Shown piece by piece: positions 40,976 to 52,754 of a stretch of DNA of 64,000 nt; the first letter of the stretch is position 1, and every line of letters starts with the position of its first letter. The stretch is taken from positions 20,894,001 through 20,958,000 of the forward strand of contig NC_043021.1 of assembly GCF_006345805.1 (NCBI RefSeq), in the 5' to 3' direction. The position numbers and the translations under genes were made by a program. The notes below the pieces were generated by a model. It ran no database searches. It had not been told where the DNA came from and worked only from the letters and a program-made list of their open reading frames with translations. Origin of the DNA: Octopus sinensis. Taxonomy: Eukaryota.

Positions 40976-41924
40976 CAGGTCCTCATTAGTTGTGGTTGTG
41001 ATGGTTAATTTAATTTAAATACTCTCTCGGAGTGGTTGGCGTTCGGAAGGGCATCCAGCTGTAGAAACTCTGCCAGATGATATTGGAGTCTGGTGCAGCC
41101 ATCTGGTTTGCCAGACCTCAGTCAAATCGTCCAACCCATGATAGTATGGAAAGCGGACGTTAAACAATGATGACAATGATGATTTCCATTCAAGTGTTGG
41201 GCCTCACGGAGGCAAAGTGGCCGATGCTGATGACACAAGAAAAGCACATTTCAAGTGTTGGGCCTCACGGAAGCAATGACGAATGACCATGACCTTTGGC
41301 ATTATGCTGTGCTTGAGAAGAAAACCCATCAAACCAAGTAAAACCGCAGTCATGACAGATACTGGGTTCACACAAATGGCACCTATGCTGGTGGCACATA
41401 AAAGCACCCATTACACTCTTGGAGTGGTTGGCGTTAGGAAGGGCATCCAGCTGTAGAAACTCTGCCAGATCAGATTGGAGTCTGGTGCAGCCATCTGGTT
41501 TGCCAGTCCTCAGTCAAAATCGTCCAACCCATGCTAGCATGGAAAGCGGACATTAAACGATGATGATGAAAACAAGACATTTCTACTCAGAACCAGAGCT
41601 GGTTTGGTAATGAAAGGGTTAAAGAATGTAGCTTCAGCACATTTTTCAAGGCCAAACTATCTCAATATTGCCACAAAAAGTCTTGCTGACACATTGCCAT
41701 AAAGCTCACAGCCAGTCACTTTCTTTTCACTGACAATAAACGTAAACAATACCAATCAGTGGAGGAAAAAGCTGCTGCTGCTGCTACTGTGGAATTCATT
41801 TGTAAATGGTGACAATTCTCAGCAAGTAAATTTTTCAACTCATAAATTGACCATAGAGCAGTATTATTTACAGTTGACAATAGCCATGTCAGTAAAATGA
41901 ACATAAAAAAAAACAAAGACAATA

Positions 41925-42437
41925 CCGTAAATCCTCAAGTATAATCCACATTTCCCCCCCAAAATTTAAAGGTCAAAATCCCTACTGCGTACTATATATG
42001 AGGTTAAAAATGAAAAATATTTTCTAAGCAATGTCCGAGTCTCTATTTGCTGTCCGGCAATGTTTATCCAGATGCATTTTATGATGTCGGGCGCGAAAAT
42101 ACCTTAAGCTGAGCCTGAAAGCAATGAAGTCATAAATGAATAATCTATAACTTGCAGTAAGCAACATTTTATTAAACCTTATTATTGTTATTTCTTTATT
42201 TTTTACAAACAAAATGCACAAAAAAGCTTCACATTTGCATTATGTTATATATACAAAAATAATAAAGGACGTTACCATATGCATTTTTAAAAACCAAGGA
42301 CGTTATATAGACCTCCTTGACTCAAGTTAGCGAAGGGGTGCGTATTATACACAAGGTTTAGGTTTTTCAGAGGTACAGCCCCCTAAAAATCCCCAGCATA
42401 TTATACTCAAGGGCGGACTATACTCGAGGAGTTACGG
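41925..42437. mobile_element. pogo/Tc-mariner-type non-autonomous element
   Basis: TA|CCGTAAATCCTCAAGTATA ... TATACTCGAGGAGTTACGG|TA. Confidence 0.7.
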
Positions 42438-43339
42438 TAGTTTTTCTTGTAACATTCATATAACATCTCAAAAGGAAACCATTCTCAGATTTCTAGCTGA
42501 ATGAGGGGAAACCTATAAATCTGAGTACTAGAAATTGGGACCTTTCAGTAATAATGTATTGAAGAATACTCTATGTTTATGTATTGAGTACTGCCATACC
42601 TAAAGGGTATGCCCAGGCACTTGGTCACCATCTATGTCTCCCTTGCTCTACTCTACCATCCCATTTAAATTCTGATCCCTGTTCCTTGTGAGTATGCCCT
42701 GGCACTTCACCACCATCTATCTCCTGGTCTCTCTTGCTCCTTATCAGTGACTTTGCGTCACTGGAAAAAGGATATGTGTATTTGCATCGGGATAGCACTT
42801 CACATCGAGAACCGGTGATTGTCACATGCTGATGACGGGCCAATACTCAGAAACCTGGATCCGTGTGTATCACGTCAGGTTGAAGATGGGAAGGATGACT
42901 TCCCTTTACAAATACTGATAGGGCACAGAAAGTGTATTAATAGCCAGCTGAAGGAGGTGTCCTCCTGGGGTTATAAGCTACGGTAGCATCCACCCTTAAG
43001 GGTTAGCCACGTTTAAGTGGCAAATATACAGTGTATATCTCGCTCAGAGATTTATTATAGCTTTTATATATATATATGACTCCCTCATTGAAAATTTATG
43101 CAATTTATTCATTGTAATTTGTTTTTATTTAACAAGAGCTCTGATCTATGAGCACCAGAAAAGAAGAAATGAAAGTGAAAAGGACTGCATTAAAAATGAA
43201 ACAACTTTTACCTTACTGAGAAAACTCAACACAAAATTTATAACAGTTCAAGTGCAGGCACCATAATGTGCCAGCTCTGGCATTTGATCCACAAAAGAGA
43301 TAAAGTTGGTAAAAAACAAAATAAAAAAAGCCAAACTTG

Positions 43340-43628
43340 CTACCTACAGTTCAGTCTTATGCCTATACTGACCTCTGTTCATGAATGTTGGGTAATGGCA
43401 AAAAGAGATTATGACTACGAATACAAGCAGTTGAAATGGGGGTTCCTCTGAAGGGTCTCTTGAGCGACATTACTTGATAGGGTGCAAAACCTGGAGATAA
43501 AGGAGCCTCTCTAGGTCGAGCAATTACTTCTGCTACTTCTCCATTTTGAGAGGTCATGAGAGGTCACAGTTCCAGTACTACAGACGTGTGATTAGACTGT
43601 TGCAGGAAAGAATCTTGCAAGTTACTTG
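43340..43628 (+). mobile_element. Degenerate RTE-clade (Expander-like) LINE RT fragment
   Basis: Frameshifted translation gives PILTSVHECWVM..RIQAVEMG..LLDRVQNLEIKE..LLLHFERS..YYRRVIRL, resembling the RTE RT C-terminus. Confidence 0.6.
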
Positions 43629-43635
43629 GTGATGA

Positions 43636-44290
43636 GGAGTTCTGTTCTTGATTCGACGGTCATTCAGAATGCTCACAGCAGCCATATTCCTACTGCTCTA
43701 TGTCACGCTGGTGAGACCCATATTGGAGTACGGGATTCAAGCCTCTTCTCCTTATCTCCTCAAAGACATACAGCATCTCGAAAGAGTCCAGAAGCTGGCT
43801 ACCCACATGGTTCTTGGTATCAAGAATTTGTCTTATGAAGAAAGGCTGAAGACGCTCGACCTTTATTCTCTAGAAAAACGACGATGCCGTGGTGATCTCA
43901 TTCTTGCTCACAACATCATAAGTGGAAAGTGTAACCTCTCGAAAGAGCTGTTCTTCACTCCTGCTCCAGAGCGTTGGCTGCGGGGTCATTCCGAAAAGCT
44001 CTATCTGCGACGATTTCATCTCAACCGAAGGAGAGGGGCTTTCTCCGTCCGGGTTGCAGATCCATGGAATAAGCTGCCGGACGAGATGGTGAGGATGCCG
44101 ACGACCGCTTGGTTCAAAGTCTCCCTTGACCACAAATGGCCTGAACTCTTTGCATGAACACCACCCTGTACATAACTCCATGTCCCCCTACATGGCCTTG
44201 CTTTTGCTTTTTGAGCCAAAAAATTAACTTAACTTAAATCAACATTTTCAACTTGATTTATTTTTTGAGCCAAAAAATTAACTAACTAAC
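43636..44290 (+). mobile_element. 5'-truncated CR1-clade LINE, same family as 24714
   Basis: ORF 43648..44157 (RPILEYGIQA...WNKLPDE...) is highly similar to copy 1; same 3' UTR and (TTAAC)n tail, with a duplicated tail. Confidence 0.92.
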
Positions 44291-44774
44291 CCCTGCTAGT
44301 ATTGGTGCCATGTAAAAAGCATCCAGTCCACACTTCTTCCAGCTGAGCCAACTGGCAGGGGACCTAGGGGGAGGAACAAGACAGAGGAGAGATGCCTAAA
44401 GATGACCACTATGACTCTCTCACGAATTGCGAGCAGAGAAAATGGATGGATGGATAACAGTGATAGAACGCTGGAGATCGCCTGCTTATTTTGGACTGAA
44501 TGGAATAACTGCATGCTCCATTTTAAAATAAACTGAAGATTTATAAAGAAAAAAAAAAAAAAGAACAGATGACTTTCAACATCAATGAAATCAGTTTGAA
44601 ATGAGACAAAAAGATGACTGAAATGGAATGTTTATTACTCACATACACAAAAACATGCACATACACCCATATTTACATACATTATATATATATATAAATA
44701 TATAATGTGACCTTGTGTGTACCGTTGGCGATTTTTCCTCTGTCTTCCCTTCTCTGGATCTTTCCTTCTCCTAT

Positions 44775-44809
44775 GTTTTCGACGAAGAGCTCCGCTCGAA
44801 ACGTTAAAC
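44775..44809 (+). ncRNA. Hammerhead-like variant motif (related family)
   Basis: GTTT-TCGACGA-A-GAGC tcc GCTC-GAA-ACGT-T-AAAC. Confidence 0.35.
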
Positions 44810-45720
44810 CCTCCTTCTTTCCTGAGCGTCCAATAATACTATATTTGTTCCATGTCCTCGCGTTGTTGTGTTTCTTCGTGCTTTCATGTTTGGATTAACT
44901 TTATACATGTATATATATCTCACCGTGACCAACCAGGCTATCAGATGTTGCTATACATCGCTGGTCACAATGCACTTCGCATTGTTTTAGCCTTCAAATG
45001 ACGCCACAGAAGAAAGAGTGAGAGAAAGTTGTGGCGAAAGAGTACAGCAGGGATCGCCACCACCCCCTGCCGGAGCCTTGTGGAGCTTTGGATGCTTTTG
45101 TTCAATAAACACTCATAACGCCCGGTCTGGTAATCAAAACTGCGATCCTATGACCGCAAGTCCACTGCTCCAACTACTGGGCCATTGCGCCTCCACTCTA
45201 TATATATATATTATATAAAGAAAATACAGGAAATGGAGATATAGCATAAATATAATTTATCTACAAAAATCCAACACATTCTCTTACAGCTGTCTAAAAG
45301 ATTAAATTAGAATAATTAAATCATTATATTAGGTAAAATCTCATCAGAGGGGTAGAAAAGATATACCGTTAGGTTATTAGGTGTTGTTTTCAAAACACAA
45401 CATCTCCTGATGTAAAGGAGATATATGGCTACCCAGCAGGAGGGAAGAGCAAGGGAGGGAGGGAGGGAGAGAGAGAGAGAGGGAAACAGCAAAAGTGCAA
45501 GAGAGAGCAGGAAAGAGATGGTGAAGTGCCAAGGTATATTCACAAGTAACAAGGATCAGAGCATAGATATGAGAGGCATGAAGGTCATAATATATGCTGT
45601 CAGATATTACCAAGGTGTCAGAAGGGAGTGGGGATTGTATATGTGTATATACACATATACATTCTTACATGTATATATCATCATCCTTTAACGTCTGCTT
45701 TCCATGCTGACACATTCATA

Positions 45721-46240
45721 CTTCTATATTTAAGAGATGAAGAATTATGTACATTATTTCCATTTTGACGGATATTTGTCCTCATCTTGCTTGTTGTTCA
45801 CACAACGTTTCGGCTGATATACCCTCCAGCCTTCATCAGGTGTCTTGGGGAAATTTCGAACCTGAGTTCTCATTCCTAAGGTATTTATCGATATTATCAT
45901 TATTATTATTATTCAGATCACTTCCTGGAATTGAACTCGGAATCTTAGGGTTAGTAGCCCGCACTCTCAACCACTACGCCATATGCCTGTGCGCATATGG
46001 CATAGTGGTTAAGAGTATGGGCTACTAACCCCAAGATTCCGAGTTCGATTCCAGGCAGTGACTTGAAAAATGATAACAATAACAATATTGAAAAAAACCC
46101 TTAGGAATGAGAACCCACGTTTGAAATTTCCCCAAGACACTTGATGAGGGCTGGAGGGTACATCAGCTGAAATGTGTTAATAACAAACAAGATGAGGACA
46201 AATAGCCGTCAAATGTAAATAATTTAAATAATATTCATAT
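45721..46240. mobile_element. Head-to-head palindrome of a tRNA-headed element carrying a hammerhead motif
   Basis: Arms 45721-45986 (-) and 45993-46240 (+) around gccatatgc-ctgtgc-gcatatggc. Each arm has an A box (GGCATAGTGGTTAAG), a B box (GTTCGATTCC), (AAT)n, then CTGATGA...GAAACGTT. Confidence 0.8.
45800..45844 (-). ncRNA. Minimal hammerhead ribozyme-like motif (canonical CUGAUGA core)
   Basis: Minus strand: GACAC-CTGATGA-A-GGCTG gagggtatat CAGCC-GAA-ACGT-T-GTGT. Confidence 0.7.
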
Positions 46241-47487
46241 CAGAGTTCTAACCAGTGCTGGTGACACGTAATAAGCACCAACTACACTCTGTGGAGTGGT
46301 TGGCATTAGGAAAAGCATCCAGCCATAGAAACAAAGCCAAACCAGATTGGAGCTTGGTACAGCTCTCCAGTTTACCAATTCCTGTCAAACTGTCTAACCC
46401 ATGCCAGAATGCAAAGTGGGTATTAAATAATACATATACATTCATACATATCCATATATATATACATGCATACTCAACGGGCTTCTTTTGGTGTCCGTCT
46501 ACCAAATCCACTCACGAGACTCTGGTTAGGGCTACACATTGGCACAATATCACAAAATTACTTGGGATGGAGTACAGTTAATTAATTAATTAATTAATAA
46601 AAGCTTAGTAAATACCCAGTCACAACTCAACATTAGGGAAATGGAAATAAGTAGATGGGTGCAAAACAGATTTTTTTATTTTGTTTGTGTTTTGTCAGAC
46701 AAAGATGTATTTGGGTCTTGCTGTAGGTATGGCACTTTAGTCAGTTCATAAGTGGGATCAGTAGGGAGTCTTATGGAGACTGTTGGCACTTAATAAGGGG
46801 TAAAGTATAAAAACCCCCTTTGGTCATGAATGATCATGGCATTGCACCTAGAAGGTTTCCCTCTGAGGAACAAATCCAGGCAGGGTTGTTTGTGGAAGAC
46901 CAGCAGTCACCCATGCATACCAGCCTCCCTTCTCCATGCCACTGATGTTATCCAAGGGAAAAGCAAAGGGGCCGATACAGTTTGGCACCAGTGATGTTGC
47001 AGCTTATTTCTACAGCTGAGTGAACTGGAGCAGCGAGAAATAAAGTGTCTTGCTCAAGAACACAACATAACCTGGTCCGGGAATTGAACTCACTACCTCA
47101 TGATCGAGAGCCCAACGCTCTAACCATTGACACAATTATTTCACGGACATTACATTTGCAACAACAACAACATAAGCTAATGGGTGATGTCCCTACTCCC
47201 TCCTGCATCATTATCTGATGTGAAATAGCAATGAAATCTCCCTCAAATCACATCACAAACTACCACTTAACAAAAAGGAAGAACATACCTGATAATACAA
47301 GAGAAACTTAAAACAAAACAGACAGGATGGTCAAGGTTGGAACACCTTTCATCATAAAGGTTTGCTTGATTGGGGATTTAAGGGGTAAGAATAACGAGAC
47401 AAACAATGGAAACATCTTCAAAGAAGTACAAAAAATTTTTAAAAAGGCTGAATCAAGATGGTCAGAGTGACTTTTCATTTAGCATTG

Positions 47488-47913
47488 CTACGTAATCATG
47501 CCTTGGAGCTGTTGTTGTCGGATCAGTTTCTTTTTTTCATATTTTGCCTTCAGCTGATCTAAATGCTTGATGAGAGAGTAGGTACTGTCCAACAGTTCAC
47601 TGGTGGACAGTGTACTTGTTTTACCAGAGGAGTGGCGAGATGAATGTCCAGTAACGGGAGAAGTTGAAGCAGTATTGGTAACGTTCTGCAGAAATGAGCT
47701 GAAAGTCTCTTGGTTGTGTCTATCACAGTTTGCTGGCTCAGACTGATGCAATGGCATTTGCGGTTCTTTTGAGCTTTCATTCTGGCGTTTTCCTCTAGAG
47801 GCAGCAGTGAACAACCGATGGTCTGCTGGCCTTTGGCTGAGGTGTTGAATACCACTGTCCATTTGAAAGAGAGACGAAGTTCCAGCTGCTAAATTTTCTG
47901 CCTCCTCCATTGT
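47488..47913 (-). CDS. MIIP: Probable MIIP-like terminal coding exon (426 nt to TAG)
   Basis: ttttacttccAG|ACA ATG GAG GAG... open to TAG at 47488-47490 (ORF 47488..47910). Phase 0 fits the previous exon and the sequence is non-repetitive. No recognisable homology, so the assignment rests on position and phase. Confidence 0.65.
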   Translation of the reverse strand, partial: TMEEAENLAAGTSSLFQMDSGIQHLSQRPADHRLFTAASRGKRQNESSKEPQMPLHQSEPANCDRHNQETFSSFLQNVTNTASTSPVTGHSSRHSSGKTSTLSTSELLDSTYSLIKHLDQLKAKYEKKKLIRQQQLQGMIT

Positions 47914-48766
47914 CTGGAAGTAAAATTTTTATTCATTTGCATTAAATATGATATGCAGATAGCTATTTTAATCTACAACTGCTTCTCTTGCACATAACGA
48001 ATTTTAATTCAGTCAACCAACCAATTGCAACATCAGTAGTTTTTCAATCATTATTTTCCTTATATCAACAGCGATGGACTCCATCTTGGCACGCAGCTGT
48101 CTGTTTTACTGTTTTTCTTGTTTCAGTCATTTGACTGCGGCCATGCTGGAGCACCGCCTTTAATCGAGCAACTCGACCCCAGGACTTATTCTATCGGTCT
48201 CTTTTGCCGAACCGCTAAGTGACGGGGACATAAACACACCAGCATCGGTTGTCAAGCAATGTTGGGGGGACAAACACACAAACATATACACACACACACA
48301 TATATATACATATATACGATGGGCTTCTTTCAGTTTCCGTCTACCAAATCCACTCACAAGGCATTGGTCGGCTCCAGGCTATAGTAGAAGACACTTGCCC
48401 AAGGTGCCACGCAGTGGGACTGAACCCAGAACCATGTCATTGGTAAACAAGCTACTTATCACACAGCCACTCCTGTCAGTACATAAATGCTGCAAATAAA
48501 GCCTAAAAAGGCGGAAATGCACATCCACCATTTCCATCACAGCTGCTGGACAATTCTCTTCCTGTCGCTAAATCTCACCTGTTTCCAAGTAAGCTAATAT
48601 TCCACAGAACATTGGAAAATGAAAAGCTATGTTTGTATGACTGTGACACTTGCTTGCAGCCATCATGAGGTCAAGACACACACATACATTTATATTATAT
48701 TGTCACCATGATTGACTGGTAGCCACTACACACATTTTTATTCCCTCCTTGTTTCTTTCTGTGTTC

Positions 48767-48802
48767 CTTTCTGTGGAAGAGCGTAGGCTCGAAACGTAAA
48801 AG
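48767..48802 (+). ncRNA. Hammerhead-like variant motif in a short TA-embedded repeat
   Basis: CTTT-CTGTGGA-A-GAGC gtag GCTC-GAA-ACGT-A-AAAG; position 6 deviates from consensus. Confidence 0.4.
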
Positions 48803-50146
48803 ACATTTTCAATTCCTGAGCATTATACTAATACATCTGTTTGTTGTCTACACCACCTGTTTTTGTCTTTTGTTTTTTTCTTGAATCCTCCCTATATATA
48901 TGTATATATAGGAAGGGCATCCAGCCGTAGAAACATTGCCAGATCTGACTGGGCCTGGTGCAGCCTTCTGGCTTCCCAGACTCCAGTTGAACCGTCCAAC
49001 CCATGCCAGCATGGAAAGCAGACGCTAAACGATGATGATGATGATGATGATATACACAACAGGCTTTTTCAGTTTCCATCTACAAAATTTACTTACAAGA
49101 AAGTGGTTGGCTTGGGACTATAACAGAAGACACTAGTCCAAGATGCCACACTGTGGGACTGAACCCAAAATCACATGGTTGGGAAGCAAGCTTCTTAACC
49201 ACACAGCCATGCCTGTACCTACTTACCAACTTGTCTTTAATTACGTATGTGTGTGTGTGTGTGTGAGCATATATATAGTAAAACTCGCATGTATGTAAAG
49301 ATTGTGTAGATACCATTTCTATTTACATATACACCACACGCATGGCTTAGTGGTTAGAGTGATGGAATCATGGTCATAAGATTGTGGTTTTGATTTCAGG
49401 ACCGAGTGATGCACTGTAGTCCTTGAGCAAGACACTTCATTTCACATTGCTCCAGTCCACTCAGCTGGCAAAAGTGAACTGTACCTGTAATCCAAAGGGG
49501 GGAAGCCCTGTCACACACAGTCACGCTGAATCTCCCCAAGAAATTATATTACTTATTCTATCGGTCTCTTTTGCCGAACCACTAAGTGACGGGGACATAA
49601 ACACACCAGCATCGGTTGTCAAGCGATGCTAGGGGGACAAACACAGACACACAAACACATACACACATATATATATACATATATACGACGGGCTTCTTTC
49701 AGTTTCCGTCTACCAAATCAACTCACAAGGCTTTGGTCGGCCCGAGGCTATAGTAGAAGAGTGGAGTCCTCAATCGCTTGCATGTTAATTTCATGAGCAG
49801 GCTGTTCCATTGATTTATATTGTTGCACACACGAACACCACACAGACACAAATATTATAAGCATGCATTCATGACACAACACTACGCTAATAATCACAAA
49901 TCACTTTGTACACAGTGAATAGAATCTATCTTCTCTTTATAAAAGTAGAACGGTTTTTGGCGTCCCTTTATTCATCTACTCTGGCACTGCATACAAACAT
50001 GTCTTATGGCTTATATAACATTATGTTATGATATGTTATGTTGGGATGCGGCCGTGGTTGTACAAGAGGAGAAATATGTCACCGAAACACCCTCACTTAC
50101 GGTCGTATTACAACATAAGGTGTATGCAAATACAGTATCAACTGGA

Positions 50147-50537
50147 CCTGGACGTTATCAAAGAAGCTTGAGAGGCGGTTGGATGGAACCTACACTCGCC
50201 TCCTTATGAGAGCTCAAAATCTCTCGTGGAAGCGTCATCCAACCAAAATGCAAATATATGGGAAACTACCACCTGTGTCATCTCTTGTGAAAGGTAGGAG
50301 AGTCCAGTTTGCTGGACATTGTTGTAGAGCTGAAAAAGAGGTAATCTCTACTCTTCTCCTCTGGAAGCCATCTACTCGCAATACCAGAGGGCGCACACTC
50401 TCCTACCCTGATGTAATCTCCAGGGATACAGGCATCCAGCAACAGGACCTCCGTAATGCCATGATGGACCGTAAAGTCTGGCGTAGCATGGTAAATTCCA
50501 TTGTCTCGACCATGGTCGAACAATGATGATGATGATG
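50147..50537 (+). mobile_element. 5'-truncated RTE-type LINE 3' end with 10-bp TSD
   Basis: TWTLSRSLERRLDGTYTRLLMRAQNLSWK...QFAGHC...MMDRKVWR (ORF 50179..50526), (GAT)n tail, ATCAACTGGA at 50137 and 50538. Confidence 0.85.
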
Positions 50538-50714
50538 ATCAACTGGAACCCTCATCGTCATAACAGATGGAGTGCCAGTTAGTTATGTAGTAGCATATTT
50601 TCATTGGGTATTGTCAATAGGAGTAGTTACTCACAAGACAAGACCCCTTTAACCGAGCTGGGAGTAGAACCAAGGGACGAAAGTTTATAAAATTGCTGCT
50701 TGTCAGGGACTTAC

Positions 50715-50816
50715 CAGTGTCTCTTTCGCTCTGCCACCCGAAGCATGTTTGATGCTGATGCTAGAAGCTGTGGCCAGCTTGCCATGTTGGGTGTTGTTCC
50801 ATCCCATTACACAGTG
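50715..50816 (-). CDS. MIIP: MIIP-like exon (102 nt, phase 0-0)
   Basis: ttttcttcttacaccAG|CAC TGT GTA ATG GGA TGG...ACA CTG|GTAAGT gives HCVMGWNNTQHGKLATASSISIKHASGGRAKETL, similar to MIIP HCLLGW. Confidence 0.85.
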
Positions 50817-51143
50817 CTGGTGTAAGAAGAAAAAAAAAATAGGAGAGAAGCAATTGTTATACTACGGTGTATGTGAGAGGAAGCTGACGTCAAAGCGGAT
50901 ACAGCAGAGAGAAAGATAAAGAGATGCAATTGCAGAGGGATGAGTGGTTAGGGAGGCAGAGATAGTCTTTTTTTTTATTTGCTTCAGTCATTTTGACTGT
51001 GGCCATGCTGGAACACTGCCTTGAAGGATTTTACTTGAAAAATAAATCCCAGGACTTATTTTTTAAGCCTAATACTTATTATATCAGTCGCTTTTGCTGA
51101 ACTGCTGAGTTGGGTGGGAGAAAAATACAGATGCACACACATT

Positions 51144-51174
<31 letters not shown>

Positions 51175-52026
51175 AGCAGCTAGCGCTGCAGATCATCAAC
51201 CCCCCCCCCCACCTATCCTACGTTTCTCTGTTTTTGAATCTGTCACTCTGCCTCAACCGGCTATCTCCTTCCAGTCCCCTCCCCCACTCGTGAAGTCCTA
51301 CGTTTTATTTCCTACGAACCTGCATCAACCCTAGCTGTCATCGTTCCTCACCCCAACCCTCCCCACTGGTGCTTCCCTATATTACCTGCACCCCCAAAAA
51401 GCACCATCCGAACGTGACCGATGCCAGCGCTGCCTTGGCTGGCTTCCGTGCCGCTGGCACATTAAAAGCTCGAACCGATCGTGATCGATGCCAGACCCAC
51501 CCTGGCACCTGTGCAGGTGGCACGTAAAAAGCACCCACTCCACTCGCGGAGTGGTTGGCGTTAGGAAGGGCATCCAGCCGTAGAAACTCTGCCAGATCAG
51601 ACTGGAGCCTGGAGCAGCCCCTGGCTTCCCAGACCCCGGTCAAACCGTCCAACCCGTGCTAGCGCGGAAAACGGACGTTAAACGATGATGATGATGATGA
51701 TATATATATATATGTGTGTGTGTGTGTATGTATATATATATATGTGTGTATGTATATATATATACAATAGGCTTCTTTCAGTTTCTGCCCACAAGGGGCT
51801 AAACACAGAGGGGACAAACAAGGACAGACAAACGGATTAAGTCGATTACATCGACCCTGGTACTTATTTAATTGACCCCGAAAGGATGAACGGCAAAGTC
51901 GACCTTGGCTGAATTTGAACTCGGAACGTAACGGCAGACAAAATACCATAAAGCATTTCGCCAGGCGTGCTAACGTTTCTGCCAGCTCGCCAGAATCCTA
52001 ACAATTCTGCCAGCTTACCACTGTCT

Positions 52027-52057
<31 letters not shown>

Positions 52058-52754
52058 TTGTTTTTATGTTGAACATTAGATGTATGCATGCATACATACA
52101 TATACACATTGTTGCTTTTGATATAAAAAGCATGTAAAAAGCACCATCCGATTGTGGCCATTGCCAGCCTCGCCTGGCCCCCGTGCCGGTGGCACGTAAA
52201 AAGCACCATCCGATCGTCTGGCACCTGTGCTGGTGGCACGTAAAAAGCACCCACTACACTCATGGAGTGGTTGGCGTTAGGAAGGCCATCCAGCCGTAGA
52301 AAAAATTGCTAGATCAGACTGGTGCCTGGTGCAGCCTTCTGGCTTCCCAGACCCCAGTTGCACCGTCCAACCCATGCCAGCATGGAAAGCGGACGCTAAA
52401 CAATGATGATGATGATGATTATATCTGTTTAAAACCCTGATCACACAATCCAGCATATGCACTCCAGCTGTGTTCATCCATTTCTCAACCATTTCTACAG
52501 CAATTATATTAACCATATCTGCATCTAGATATTCCTCTACAGAGATTCTTCTAAACAGCAACAAAGACTGCAATTATTCATGTATGCCACCCTGCTTCTT
52601 TGCTAGGGGTACACCTATGTTACATATCCTGGAGTTGTCATTCTTCTGATGGTCTTTGACTGTGAGATATTTGGTTGAAGTAAATCCTTCTTTTGGGTTT
52701 TGTACAAAAGCCAAACAGAGAGCCACTATGTGGTCACTGAAATAGCAGTCTGGC

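Noticed and set aside
45999-46065. tRNA gene (also the SINE-A, SINE-B and SINE-D heads)
   Set aside because: A and B boxes are present, but acceptor and T stems are imperfect and the sequence runs directly into repeat bodies; these are SINE heads.
52430-52740. Minus-strand open stretch (RRISVEEYLDADMV.., DHIVALCLAFVQ..) as an MIIP exon
   Set aside because: Not needed for the phase-consistent model (53887 joins 50816 directly as LGK|HCVMGW) and no MIIP similarity; origin unresolved.
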